The position numbers and the translations under genes are program-made. A stretch of DNA of 64,000 bases from an uncultured Thermoplasmatales archaeon (GTDB taxonomy: Archaea > Thermoplasmatota > E2 > DHVEG-1): NCBI GenBank assembly GCA_964638155.1, contig CAZWYI010000008.1:4787-68786 (forward strand), in the 5' to 3' direction. Below the pieces are notes generated by a model, which was not told the origin of the DNA, ran no database searches, and was given only the letters and a program-made list of their open reading frames with translations. Positions 20,633-31,615 of the stretch are shown piece by piece (position 1 is the stretch's first letter; each line of letters opens with the position of its first letter).

Positions 20633-21909
20633 TTAATAAAATCCTCAAGTCTTTTCTGATATAGTTTATTTTTTAGTACAGCACTATTTTTTATCCATCG
20701 ATTTATTGGTATATCCATTTCAGTTTTTAAAATATTTAAAGCTTTATCGAATGTTTCAAATTTTTTGTATGGTTCTTTTAATGCTTTTCTTACACTTTCA
20801 CGTACATTCCAAACACCAACCGGCATAATATAACCAGGGTGTGCCTCTCTTAAAATTACTATACCTGCTTGTCTTCTTTCTTTGTTTAAAAGTTCATTTA
20901 CTGCAAGCCTTGCTGCATAATAGCATCCGCCTATTTCAGCATAGTTTTTTCTTCCATCGTAGAATTCATAGCTATTGAAAATTGTAATCTTTTTTCCATA
21001 TGGATTCCAGGTTGTATTTGGATACCATGCTTCAATTAGTTCATACTGCCATTCTGATGGAAACATAAAAATTATCCATCGGTTATCAAATTGATTTAGA
21101 TGGTATATTCTAAATTCATTTATCCAAGGGTAGGTTTTTGTTTTCTCTCGTAATTCTTTTCCAAGTGTTGAATCAACAGCTGTTATACTCCATCGAGTTG
21201 GAACAAACCTTCTATATTTTTTTACTCCAAACGCACCAACACTAAACGCTCTATTTATTCTAGTGATACTTACTCCTTTGTTGTAGAGATCTACCACTGC
21301 ATTTTTTGATTTTAAATCGGTGTCATAATATGCCTTTTCAACATTTTGCTCATATTTAGGATTAGTTATATCAAATTTTTTTATTGGTGCAGATGGACCA
21401 TGAGGCTGCACCTCATCATAGAAAGCGATTTTTCCATAAGGTTTTTTGTTAAAAATTGCTTCTGTGAACACACTGTTTTTTGAAATAGCTAGTTCTTTTG
21501 TGTACTCTACTATTTTGTTGGTGCTTTCTACATCATAGATGTCTACTGTGTGTTTACCTCGAATAAGCATTGTTCTAAAATCAACGATTTCATCTATTGT
21601 TTTATCAAGCCATGATTCTGGTGTATCTATTTCTGAGGTATCTCCCATAACAGGTGGTATCATAGGGCCTATTGATACCTTTGGATAGCCTACTCTTCCT
21701 ATAAATACACTCGGAGGAGAAGAACCTCCTATTTTTAGAGAGTTGATTTTCTTTTTATATTTGTTTTTTGAGTAGTATTTTAAAATAACTGGGCATCTAG
21801 ATTTTCCACAGAGTAATTTTGTTCCTCTACATAGAGCACATAAGCTATTAGTATTTGTTTCAATATTGTTGAAAAATTTATTTTGGTAAGTATCTATTTG
21901 TCTCAACAA
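20629..21909 (-). CDS. nreA: Nre-family DNA repair protein
   Basis: CALCRGTKLLCGKSRCP, SPPSVFIGR, VPTRWSITAVD, GGCYYAARL, PVGVWNVRE; C-terminal PIP box QKRLEDF. Confidence 0.92.
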   Translation of the reverse strand: MLRQIDTYQNKFFNNIETNTNSLCALCRGTKLLCGKSRCPVILKYYSKNKYKKKINSLKIGGSSPPSVFIGRVGYPKVSIGPMIPPVMGDTSEIDTPESWLDKTIDEIVDFRTMLIRGKHTVDIYDVESTNKIVEYTKELAISKNSVFTEAIFNKKPYGKIAFYDEVQPHGPSAPIKKFDITNPKYEQNVEKAYYDTDLKSKNAVVDLYNKGVSITRINRAFSVGAFGVKKYRRFVPTRWSITAVDSTLGKELREKTKTYPWINEFRIYHLNQFDNRWIIFMFPSEWQYELIEAWYPNTTWNPYGKKITIFNSYEFYDGRKNYAEIGGCYYAARLAVNELLNKERRQAGIVILREAHPGYIMPVGVWNVRESVRKALKEPYKKFETFDKALNILKTEMDIPINRWIKNSAVLKNKLYQKRLEDFIK

Positions 21910-22245
21910 AGTTATGATTATAGTTTTTGTTTTATAAAATTTATCCCGGGTTTATTAAAAGTAATGTGTAAAATTGTTAATTAGTTAAGTGTAAATTATT
22001 TATTTTTGTTATTATAGTAACAAAACATATGTTATATTAAATTTAATTTGTGAAAATGTTATTATTATAAAGTTCTGTTATTCTATAAACGGCATTTATT
22101 TATATATAAAAAGCCTGATTATATACCGCATGAGAAAAGCAAAGTCTTTAAAAACAGATTCTGATTAACAATCGTTAAAAATAAACAGAATTGTAACAGA
22201 AGATTTATATATAATATAAAATAGAAATAAATAAAAGGTAATATA

Positions 22246-25200
22246 ATGAAATTAAATAATAATATATTGAACATAATAGTTATACTTATAGTTCTTATAA
22301 TGAGTTTAAGTCCAATTGTAGCCTCAGTAAATACTGTATACAACAAGGGATTTGACAAAGGACCATCATATACATCAGTAGTTCCATTAAAGAAAGCCAC
22401 ACTTGTAAAATATGATGAAAATTCATATTTTGATGATTACTCATACCTAGCAGCATTACCAACAGCAGTATTCCAAAATGAAAATCATTTGTATTCACAT
22501 CCTCTTTTATTTTTTGATGAAAAATATGAATATGAAGATGATAAAGAACGCAGTTTAAACGCAAGGCAGGGTCTTGATTATTTCATGGACGATTGGATGG
22601 AATACTGTAATTATGAACTCGATGAAATGAACTTGATAAATATTGAGGAAAATGAAGTTCCAAGAGAATGGGAGACAAAAGAGTTAAATTCCATTAAAAG
22701 CAGTAATATTTTTGAATTAACCAAAAAAATTGCATTAAAAGATTGGTCTTATTCAGATGATGCTGTTGTTGCAGTTGTCGAAGAGGAATTCAAAGATTCT
22801 GAGTATGAATTTAGTTCTGAGCTTGAAGGAACAATATCTGAAAAAAAAGCTATTGAAAAAACATTTTATTCTCCACAGGAAGACAAACTAAACCCTCGTT
22901 TTCATGATTTTGAAGTTCCAGAGGGATATAAATATATCAAAGCAAGGACATGGTGGGCCTCAATCACAACAGGCATAGGAAAAGATTCTGATTTGCCATT
23001 GAGTGTATTAATTACAATTCCAACCGCTGATCCTGACACTCAATTTTATTGTGACTTTGGAGATGGAGAATGGTTGCAAGTTGCATATACTCAAGCATGG
23101 AATTTAAATGAAGGGATGGATGAAGAAAAAACACAGATGTATGCCTATAAGAATGGTAAATGGCGTCTTAGTGTAACAGACATCCCTACTTTCGAAAAAT
23201 ATGGATCTGCTTCAGATATAATAAAAAACATGATTAACAAAGTTACTTACCAAACAGATATTACTATATTACCTGGAACCGAATTCAAAATACCTGAAAA
23301 AATACCCTTTGGTTGCAGAAACGCAAATTTTAAATTAACTTGGAGTAAAACAAATGTAGACTTAGGAATGTCAATAATTGGTCCTGCAGGGGAAGAAATT
23401 TTGAGTTCTATTCAACAATCTGTAAAAGGAGAACAAAACATACATTTAGATCAACTTGGCGAGTGCCCTGAAGGTAAAAGTTATTCAGTTGCAGTCTTTA
23501 AACTTGATGAAAATGAGGACCCTGTTGATTTTAAAATTGAATATACATGGGATCAAAATATAACAAAAGAAAAAGCAGATTATCTTTCATCTGCAACAGA
23601 AGGAGCGGTTCTTGCAAGTCAACTAAATGCTCCTTTGATTTACACAAAATCCTCAGATATTCCAAAGGAAACAAAAGAAGCATTATATAAGATTGGTGTG
23701 AAAAAAATACATCTTGTCGATTTAGGTGGCAGAATTGATGAAAACAAAGTTGATGAGCTTAAATCGATAGCAAAGATCAAAAAACACTATAAAAAACATG
23801 AGGATATCTATCGAGATATCACAGATATTTCTGGGCAAAATGATATTATAATCTCTACAATTGACCCATGGACGAAATGGTTAGTAAACGAGCGAAAACC
23901 TGATGAGGAAACCAAAGCTGCTCTACATATTGGCCCTGCTGCATATATTGCAGCTCATCATGGAAGTCCAGTTTTAATTGTCGATAATCACCCTGAACTA
24001 TCATCTGCGGTTGTTTGGCATACTGAATTTTGGAAAAGACATGGCGGAGGATTTCCTGACCCGCCATCTGCTCCAATGTCGCTTACAGGCAGACAAGCAT
24101 ATGAATACTTTGGTGAAATTGGATTAGATAAACCAAAAATGGAAACAATGATCACAGTTGCAGGCCAGTATGATATTGGTGCACCATGGGATAGAACCTT
24201 TGTTGGAAGAGCAATACCTGGAAAATTCTTTGGTTCCCCAGTTGACACAGCATATTGGATTTCTAGAAATATATTCTATCCAGCATTGATATTCAATAAT
24301 CCCGGTGCACAGTCAGAAGGAGATACATATATCCAAGGGTCCGAGAGTAAAAGAAGAACGTTATTCCCATTTGGCTCATTAGGGTTAAAGGTTACAAAAC
24401 CAGAAAAAGAAGAAAAATTCACCTATCCTATTCTACACTCATATATTACATATAATCATAAATTGAATGAAGTATTTAAGAAATATTATGGATTTCAATA
24501 TGAATGTAGAGATGACATTATACCTGGAGAGTCTGCTTCTCCTTATGCAATAGATGAAGGAGTTGTTCCAGGAAAAACAGGTGCAGTTTGGCCTGATTTC
24601 AGTGATACAATTACAAATCCATTTTATTTTGAAAAAGGAGGATATAGTAATATTTACTCAACTAGTTACACTCCAATTGTTGAGAATCTTAACAGAGGAA
24701 CCTTACTATGGAATTGCGGAACCCATGGTGCTGGTGGAAATTCTGGATTTCTGATAACCTGGCCTGAAGATGGACTTAGTTCAAAAGGATTAAATCTTCC
24801 AATAAAACTTTTTGGCTACGAAAAGGAAGGGAATCCTTGGCGTAGTTATGATTTTTTAATGGGTTCAACTGAAACACCTGATAGTATGACTATGAATGCT
24901 AAAGGCATAATTCCAGGCATAACAGGTAATCCTACTATGGATGGTTTATTTCCACTAGGTTGGGATTACACTGTCAACGAAAAACCATTTAGGCAAAATT
25001 TGTTTAAACTCATAAGTTACATACCAATATTAGGTAATTTTGTTGATAATAGACCATGGCTTATGGATAGTTCCTATTTTAAAGATGGTGTTGTTGGAGC
25101 AAAACTTGCTAGCTTTCCACTCCCCTTCAATCAGTTAACCGGTTTAAACATTGATGAGGACCTAGATAATCTTCATTCTGCAGGATGGATTCTATCAGCA

Positions 25201-25701
25201 TGTCTTCCCGCTTATAAGTATTTACATTTGACTATGATACGACATGGCTCGTCTTACCAGGTTACAGATCCATGGCCAACAAGTTGGTATGCATATTGGA
25301 CAAATACAATGCCCAGAGATATGGTACTTGGAGACACAGTAGGAGAGGCATATACCAAAGGCATTAGCCATGTAGGAAAACTATATGCAACTGATCCACC
25401 TGAATGGTGGTGGGACTCTAAGCAAAATGTAGTATACTTTGGTGACCCGGATTTACGCATGTTTGTACCTGGAACTGATTACAGTGATGAAAATTACTGG
25501 ACAAAAAAAGATACAGAAGCAATGAGATACGATGAAGATGCAGATATAAATGGTCATATGCCTTTTGGAGCAAAAGATCATCCAAACGAGATAAAACCAA
25601 AATCTATCCTTGAGCAATATATGGTACCAATTATTATAACAATATCAGCTGTGCTGATAGTAGGTTTTATAATAATAAGAAAGAAAAAAACAAAAAAATA
25701 A
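22246..25701 (+). CDS. 1151-aa secreted, C-terminally anchored C25-like peptidase with CW_binding_2-like segments
   Basis: Signal peptide; AVLASQLNAPLIY; THGAGG (His) and ILSACL (Cys); VVYFGDPDL; TM plus RKKKTKK. Confidence 0.7.
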   Translation: MKLNNNILNIIVILIVLIMSLSPIVASVNTVYNKGFDKGPSYTSVVPLKKATLVKYDENSYFDDYSYLAALPTAVFQNENHLYSHPLLFFDEKYEYEDDKERSLNARQGLDYFMDDWMEYCNYELDEMNLINIEENEVPREWETKELNSIKSSNIFELTKKIALKDWSYSDDAVVAVVEEEFKDSEYEFSSELEGTISEKKAIEKTFYSPQEDKLNPRFHDFEVPEGYKYIKARTWWASITTGIGKDSDLPLSVLITIPTADPDTQFYCDFGDGEWLQVAYTQAWNLNEGMDEEKTQMYAYKNGKWRLSVTDIPTFEKYGSASDIIKNMINKVTYQTDITILPGTEFKIPEKIPFGCRNANFKLTWSKTNVDLGMSIIGPAGEEILSSIQQSVKGEQNIHLDQLGECPEGKSYSVAVFKLDENEDPVDFKIEYTWDQNITKEKADYLSSATEGAVLASQLNAPLIYTKSSDIPKETKEALYKIGVKKIHLVDLGGRIDENKVDELKSIAKIKKHYKKHEDIYRDITDISGQNDIIISTIDPWTKWLVNERKPDEETKAALHIGPAAYIAAHHGSPVLIVDNHPELSSAVVWHTEFWKRHGGGFPDPPSAPMSLTGRQAYEYFGEIGLDKPKMETMITVAGQYDIGAPWDRTFVGRAIPGKFFGSPVDTAYWISRNIFYPALIFNNPGAQSEGDTYIQGSESKRRTLFPFGSLGLKVTKPEKEEKFTYPILHSYITYNHKLNEVFKKYYGFQYECRDDIIPGESASPYAIDEGVVPGKTGAVWPDFSDTITNPFYFEKGGYSNIYSTSYTPIVENLNRGTLLWNCGTHGAGGNSGFLITWPEDGLSSKGLNLPIKLFGYEKEGNPWRSYDFLMGSTETPDSMTMNAKGIIPGITGNPTMDGLFPLGWDYTVNEKPFRQNLFKLISYIPILGNFVDNRPWLMDSSYFKDGVVGAKLASFPLPFNQLTGLNIDEDLDNLHSAGWILSACLPAYKYLHLTMIRHGSSYQVTDPWPTSWYAYWTNTMPRDMVLGDTVGEAYTKGISHVGKLYATDPPEWWWDSKQNVVYFGDPDLRMFVPGTDYSDENYWTKKDTEAMRYDEDADINGHMPFGAKDHPNEIKPKSILEQYMVPIIITISAVLIVGFIIIRKKKTKK

Positions 25702-25763
25702 AATTTTTCTTTATTCTTTTTCAAAAAATCTTATTTACATGATATCTTATTTTGTAATTTATT

Positions 25764-26489
25764 ATGACCGCGAAAAAAACAAATTCTAGCAGAAGAAGAT
25801 CAAGGCCTGTTGAAAAACAAAGTGCTACGAAAAAATTTAAAAGAAATAAACCTGCAATGCTTCTTTCAATATTTGTTGTATTCATTCTTGTTCTGAGTTC
25901 AGCATATGCATTTATTCAGTTTTTAGGTAACGATGAAACTGAAGAAAATACTGGTTATCAAAATGATCCGGAATATAAAGATGCTCTAGCAGGTACAAAT
26001 TATCCTGTGGCTGTTCTAGAAACAAGCAAAGGAGCTATAGCAATTGAACTTTACACTGATCAGGCACCAAAAACCTGTGAGAATTTTATCAATCTTGTAA
26101 ATGATGAATTTTATGATGGTATGATATTTCATAGAATATCAGATGACTTCATGATTCAAGCTGGTAAATCACTTCCAGACGGTACAACTAAAACAAGCCC
26201 TTATGGTAATATAGAAGAATTTGAAGGGGAAGTATCTCACGTTGATGGAGCAATTTCAATGGCCAGTACAGATGCAGGTGTGCCCGGAAGTGCTGAGTTT
26301 TTCATTTGTGATGGTGCACAATCTTTTCTAGATGGAAGCTATGCTGCATTTGGCAAAACTATCTATGGAATAGATGTAGTAAGAGATATAGCAGATGACC
26401 CCCATGATGGTAGTTTTGAACCTAACCCGGGCGGAGGAAAACCAACCACGGACATTGTAATAAACAAAATTTTAGTGGTAAAAGAATAA
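25764..26489 (+). CDS. Membrane-anchored cyclophilin-type PPIase
   Basis: N-terminal TM; [31 protein letters not shown]. Confidence 0.9.
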   Translation: MTAKKTNSSRRRSRPVEKQSATKKFKRNKPAMLLSIFVVFILVLSSAYAFIQFLGNDETEENTGYQNDPEYKDALAGTNYPVAVLETSKGAIAIELYTDQAPKTCENFINLVNDEFYDGMIFHRISDDFMIQAGKSLPDGTTKTSPYGNIEEFEGEVSHVDGAISMASTDAGVPGSAEFFICDGAQSFLDGSYAAFGKTIYGIDVVRDIADDPHDGSFEPNPGGGKPTTDIVINKILVVKE

Positions 26490-26505
26490 TAGGAGGAAAA
26501 GTTTT

Positions 26506-26976
26506 TTGACTGAAAAAATAGCTAAATTTAATACAAATATGGGAAATTTTGAAGTAGAACTGTTTAACGATAAAGCACCACTTACTGTTGGAAATTTTAA
26601 AAAACTAGCAGATAAAGGTTTTTATGATGGAATAATTTTTCATAGGGTAATTCCAGATTTCATGATTCAATCAGGCTGTCCACAGGGAACCGGTTATGGT
26701 GGACCAGGATATACAATTCAAGATGAAATTAAAAAAGATCTAACCCATGAAAAAGGAGTTCTCTCTATGGCTAATACTGGAAGACCTCATACCGGTGGTT
26801 CACAGTTTTTTATAACAATTAAACCCACACCATGGCTTGATGGTAAACACACAATTTTCGGAAAAGTAATAAACGGTATGGATATAGTTGAAAAAATTTC
26901 TAAAGTTAAAACCGGAAGAAATGATAAACCATTGAATGATGTTAAAATTAACAGTATTAAAGTAATTGAAAAATAA
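26506..26976 (+). CDS. Cytoplasmic cyclophilin-type PPIase
   Basis: [31 protein letters not shown]. Confidence 0.95.
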   Translation: MTEKIAKFNTNMGNFEVELFNDKAPLTVGNFKKLADKGFYDGIIFHRVIPDFMIQSGCPQGTGYGGPGYTIQDEIKKDLTHEKGVLSMANTGRPHTGGSQFFITIKPTPWLDGKHTIFGKVINGMDIVEKISKVKTGRNDKPLNDVKINSIKVIEK

Positions 26977-26994
26977 AATTGGGAGAAAAATAGC

Positions 26995-27465
26995 ATGATT
27001 TTATCTGATAATGATATAGTAGAACTAATAAAAAGTAATGAACTTGGAATTGAGCCATTTGTTGAAAAAAATTTAACACCAAACGGTTATGATCTATCAA
27101 TTGAAGAAATTTTTATCAAAAAAAAGGATGAACACATTAAAAAAGGAGTTGCAAAGATTCCCGCTCAGACTTGGTTTGCAATTAGTACAAAAGAATTTCT
27201 AAAAATGGGGCCTAAGATTACAAGTCAATTGTGGATTCGTAGTAGTTATGCAAGGCGTGGTGTTATGGCTAGTTTTGGAAAAGTTGATGCTGGTTTTCAT
27301 GGAACACTTACCATAAGTTGCTTTAATAGTAACGATGAAACACTTGAGATACCAATCGGAGATCGTTTTTGTCAGATTGTTTTTGAAAACATGAGTAGTA
27401 TTCCTTCTGAACTTTATGATAAGAAAAGTGGGAATTATCAGAATCAAAGAGGCATCAAATTATAG
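26995..27465 (+). CDS. dcd: dCTP deaminase (short form)
   Basis: PNGYDL, RSSYARRG, DAGFHGTLT, RFCQIVF. Confidence 0.9.
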   Translation: MILSDNDIVELIKSNELGIEPFVEKNLTPNGYDLSIEEIFIKKKDEHIKKGVAKIPAQTWFAISTKEFLKMGPKITSQLWIRSSYARRGVMASFGKVDAGFHGTLTISCFNSNDETLEIPIGDRFCQIVFENMSSIPSELYDKKSGNYQNQRGIKL

Positions 27466-27601
27466 ATTTTTTTAGTTATATATCTTTTTGTATTATATTT
27501 CAAATTAAAGTAACATTTATATAAATTTTTAATATATTAGTAACAATATTTATATATCTTGAATTTATATGGGGGGTTAATATTAATATTGGTGAAATTA
27601 A

Positions 27602-28471
27602 ATGGAAAAAACAATATTTGGAGTTATACTTGCAGCATTCTTATTAATGTCAGTAAGTTTTATTGCTCCAGTATACGTACAGGCAGCTGAAATAAACATA
27701 AAACAGACTAAAAAAAATATTGGTGAGTTAACAACATCAATTACAGAACATAAAGAATTTGAAGATATATTAAATAATCCAGACCTCGCAAAAATTGTAG
27801 AATCTATATTAGAATCTGGTGCCACAGAAAAAAAAGTAACAGATTACTGGAATACAATAAAAAACCTAGATTCTTTTGAAAAAATATGTACTGAAGAAAT
27901 AACAAATAAAGCAGAAAAAATACAAAACTCAATAGATAAAATATTATCAACTAAATATGATGATGAAGATCAAGATGAAGATGGATTCTATCTAACTATA
28001 GACGAAAACAACATACTATCTATATCTCAAGAATCAAAAGAAAACTCGATATTTTTAGATAGTGATGGATCTATTGAATTATCAGGCCATGAAACTATCA
28101 ATCCTGATATTATGCAAAAGATAAAAGATTTCTTAATAATACTATTTCTTATTGGACTAGGTGCAGCAGTTGGAGTGCTAATTATTGCAGGAGTTTTCTT
28201 TTTACTTCAAACAATAATTGCAGCAATAGCAACAGGACTGGGAACACTAGTAACAGTAATTGTAGGTGTAGCAATAGTTTTTGCCGGAATTGCAGGAGTT
28301 TCAGCAGCAATTACATTTATAATCGATGTCATCGAATTTCTAACAAAATCAGAAGACACAAAAAATAAAACAAAAACTGAAAATGTAAAATCTATGAAAA
28401 CATTAGTAAGAACCTTTATAAGTAAAATTTTTAGTTTACTTAATATGAAGATACAACATGTATTCTTCTAA
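27602..28471 (+). CDS. Secreted/membrane hypothetical protein with a long Gly/Ala-rich hydrophobic hairpin
   Basis: Signal peptide ending VQA; ~65-aa hydrophobic segment; amphipathic C-terminal tail. Confidence 0.65.
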   Translation: MEKTIFGVILAAFLLMSVSFIAPVYVQAAEINIKQTKKNIGELTTSITEHKEFEDILNNPDLAKIVESILESGATEKKVTDYWNTIKNLDSFEKICTEEITNKAEKIQNSIDKILSTKYDDEDQDEDGFYLTIDENNILSISQESKENSIFLDSDGSIELSGHETINPDIMQKIKDFLIILFLIGLGAAVGVLIIAGVFFLLQTIIAAIATGLGTLVTVIVGVAIVFAGIAGVSAAITFIIDVIEFLTKSEDTKNKTKTENVKSMKTLVRTFISKIFSLLNMKIQHVFF

Positions 28472-28487
28472 AATTTTTTTTATTTTT

Positions 28488-29258
28488 TTATATTATTTTT
28501 CTTGCAAAGGTAAGATAACCAGTGTGCCCTAGCATATCAAAACTAGGACGAGTTCCTCTATCTGAAATAATCATTTCTCTTTGTATATTTTCAAACGTTT
28601 TAACTTCGATAAAATTATGTTTTTTTATTTCTTTTACAGTATCTTCAACTTGACTAATAAGTGGAGAATAACAGCAAAGATATCCGCCTATTTTTAAAGA
28701 ATTATATGAAGTATTTACAGCATCCCAGGGATTAGGCATATCAAGGATTATTGCATCTAAGTTTTGTTCATCAATTCCTTTTGTTACATCCTTGTGTTTT
28801 GTTTCAACATAATCAATAAATCCACTATTTTTAAGATTTTTTTTAGCATGTTTTATAAAATCAGTTCTTTTATCATAAGATATAACTTTACCATTTGGTG
28901 CTACAGCATTAGCAAGAGCTATAGTTAAACTACCTGAACCGATTCCAGCCTCTAAAACATTGTCCCCCGATTCAATAGAACAAAACATTACAATATATGC
29001 TAGTTCCTTTGGAAGAATAATTTGTGCTTTTCTTTTTAAGCCTTTAAGTTTGTCCATTAGAGATGGTTTTAAAATATAGAACTCTTTGTTTCCAATTGAT
29101 ATTTTTTCCCCATATCTTTTACCAACAAAACAAGATGGATCAATTACACCTACCCCTTTGAATTTATCAGTTTTTCCATCTGTATCAATAAAATATCTTT
29201 TCATTTTTTTATCAATTAAAACTATTGTTTCATTTTCTGATACCTTTATATCTGTCAT
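28488..29258 (-). CDS. trmI: tRNA (adenine-N1)-methyltransferase
   Basis: RKAQIILPK, EAGIGSGSLT, LDMPNPW, HTGYLTFARK. Confidence 0.95.
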   Translation of the reverse strand: MTDIKVSENETIVLIDKKMKRYFIDTDGKTDKFKGVGVIDPSCFVGKRYGEKISIGNKEFYILKPSLMDKLKGLKRKAQIILPKELAYIVMFCSIESGDNVLEAGIGSGSLTIALANAVAPNGKVISYDKRTDFIKHAKKNLKNSGFIDYVETKHKDVTKGIDEQNLDAIILDMPNPWDAVNTSYNSLKIGGYLCCYSPLISQVEDTVKEIKKHNFIEVKTFENIQREMIISDRGTRPSFDMLGHTGYLTFARKII

Positions 29259-29265
29259 ATTTTAT

Positions 29266-30306
29266 CTATCCATACATATCAATTAATGAACCAAATCCTA
29301 GGTTTTCAAGATCAAGTTGATCAAGCCATTTATCCTTGCATTCGCAATTTAGATTATTAAAAACACTAGTATCTTGATTTAAGGAAAAATCAGATATTGC
29401 TTTTAAATATTTTTTATCACATTTTTTACAGTTATGTGCACCACGTATTTTTCCTCCCCCTGCAACATCACACTTTAATCTAACACTATCATTTACGATT
29501 TTTTTACTTTCTTTAAGTATTTTAGCTACGCCAAAAAGCCATGGTGGTCTATACAATTTTTTTTTCCAAAGATATTCAACAAAAGTTCTTCTTTGAACAT
29601 TACATGGATTAAAAGAAATAACATCAGTAAAATCTTTTATTTTTTTAACAGTATTTACTGCATCGTTTATTGATTCTCTTTCTGTTAAAAAAGGTGGTTT
29701 AATCAAAACATATGTTTTAAGATTGATATTATGTTTTTTTAGAATATCTACAGCTTTTTTAAAATCTTTAAAACTAAATCCTTTATTAATAATATTTTTT
29801 CTAATTTCGTCATCAGCTGTTTCTAGCCCGATTCCTATTTCAATAATTTTATCTTTTAAAATGTTTCTAACATTAGAAATTGTTTTTTCTGTAATATATT
29901 CAGGTCTTGATTCAAAAGAAATTTTTTCTATCTTTTTGTTTAAATCCTTTAATATTTTGTTTCTAATATCTTCTGAAATCTCAGATTTATCTAGAAAACT
30001 ACCTGAATTAAATATCTTTACAAATCTTTCCCCATTATATTTTTCCATTGCTTTTTTATATTGAGAAAAAAGCTCTTCATCTGTTACTTTTGACCAAGCG
30101 CTATCATTGAAATATCCACACATACTGCAGCCTGATTTAATCGCCCATGAACAACCACGTGTTCTAAAAATAATTACAAATGTGTCTACAATTTTGTTAT
30201 TAATAAGATCTTTTTCAGTCCAACAGCTAACAGGTTTTGAAAAATCTTTTTTTCTTGGTTTAAAATCTTGTTTAAGATTCTTGCAGTATTCTTCTATTTC
30301 TATCAT
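29266..30306 (-). CDS. Archaeosine-synthesis radical SAM enzyme RaSEA
   Basis: FRTRGCSWAIKSGCSMCGY, SGSFLD, ESRPEY, GLET, YRPPWL, RGAHNC. Confidence 0.9.
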   Translation of the reverse strand: MIEIEEYCKNLKQDFKPRKKDFSKPVSCWTEKDLINNKIVDTFVIIFRTRGCSWAIKSGCSMCGYFNDSAWSKVTDEELFSQYKKAMEKYNGERFVKIFNSGSFLDKSEISEDIRNKILKDLNKKIEKISFESRPEYITEKTISNVRNILKDKIIEIGIGLETADDEIRKNIINKGFSFKDFKKAVDILKKHNINLKTYVLIKPPFLTERESINDAVNTVKKIKDFTDVISFNPCNVQRRTFVEYLWKKKLYRPPWLFGVAKILKESKKIVNDSVRLKCDVAGGGKIRGAHNCKKCDKKYLKAISDFSLNQDTSVFNNLNCECKDKWLDQLDLENLGFGSLIDMYG

Positions 30307-31559
30307 TTCTTTTGTTTCTTATCTTTTTTCTTGTATTTAAATATGAAAATTACTGCTATAATCGCTAGTAAAAATATTACTGTTACAAAGCCTGGTACTT
30401 TAACTGTGTGTGGATATGGCAGTAGTACTTGCTCATTTTTTGGTTTCTTTTGATCATAGCTATCATAGTTTAATAAAACATCTGCTTGCTCGTCACTTGA
30501 TTTAGACCAGTTCCATGGTTGAGGTGGTGTTTCATCACCTATGTCATCATCACCTGTTGTTGAAACATTATATTCTTCTGTATCTTCTACAATGTTGCTG
30601 TATTTTATAAATATATTTGGGAAATAATGACTTACTTCAACATATACTTTCATTGTATAGTTTGAGTTTTGCTCCCATCCTTCATATGCCGGAGAAGTTT
30701 CATATTTTTCAGGATAATCTAATTTGTATCTATTAACATTTATTTCTTCTCCAGAATCTAGTTTATAGTAAACTCTAAATGTTTCCTTGCTAACTTTTTC
30801 ATCAACCTCTATATCTATATCATCGTCACTACTCATTGATTTTAAAGAAGGTAAAGTTTCATCTACATCAATTACATCATCGTCATAGTAAAAACTTCCT
30901 TTGTTTTCATTGTTTACATGTCCATTTACATCTTTAGCTGTTAAAATATATGTGAATTCACCAGTTTGATTATCTGTATTCTCAAACAAGAATTTTACAA
31001 TTATATCATTTTGTTCAAATTCACTAGGTTTAACACTTTTTTCTGTATCATCAGGATAAGTGATATCTATTTTTAATGAGTCTTTGTCAACTTCAACATT
31101 ATCGGTTATTTTTGCAACAAATAGTATGTCTCCTCCTGGTTCTTGCATCTCTGGTAGAACCACTAACTCTACAACTGGCGGTTCATCATCATATATAGGA
31201 GGGTTTACAAGAATTATAAACACTAGTAACCATGCAAAGAAATACACTGCATATGCTGCAAACCAGTTTTTTTTAGTGAAATGTGATGTATCAAGATTAA
31301 GTTTCAGATAAAAATATTTTATAAATGAAGAACTAAAAATTGCAAGTATTATTACTAAAAACCAGCGCATACCTGTCTCTGGGCCCATTAAAGCCCAGAA
31401 TCCAAAACAGATTATTGCCATTAGTATTCCAAAGAAAAAGGCTATAAAAACAGATTTTACGTTTCTTTTTTCTTGTTTTATATATTTTTCTCTGTCAAAT
31501 TTACCTGGTTTAAACGGTTTATCTTCTTCTTCGTCTTTTTCTTTACGTCTTTTAGCCAT
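30303..31559 (-). CDS. Multi-TM membrane protein with an extracellular domain and a PGF-CTERM-like tail
   Basis: Three N-terminal TMs; C-terminal VPGF-TM-KYKKKDKK. Confidence 0.7.
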   Translation of the reverse strand: MAKRRKEKDEEEDKPFKPGKFDREKYIKQEKRNVKSVFIAFFFGILMAIICFGFWALMGPETGMRWFLVIILAIFSSSFIKYFYLKLNLDTSHFTKKNWFAAYAVYFFAWLLVFIILVNPPIYDDEPPVVELVVLPEMQEPGGDILFVAKITDNVEVDKDSLKIDITYPDDTEKSVKPSEFEQNDIIVKFLFENTDNQTGEFTYILTAKDVNGHVNNENKGSFYYDDDVIDVDETLPSLKSMSSDDDIDIEVDEKVSKETFRVYYKLDSGEEINVNRYKLDYPEKYETSPAYEGWEQNSNYTMKVYVEVSHYFPNIFIKYSNIVEDTEEYNVSTTGDDDIGDETPPQPWNWSKSSDEQADVLLNYDSYDQKKPKNEQVLLPYPHTVKVPGFVTVIFLLAIIAVIFIFKYKKKDKKQKK

Positions 31560-31615
31560 CGACGTGGGAACAGAATTCTTATTAAAAGATTTTTCCCATT
31601 TTTTCTAACTAATCT

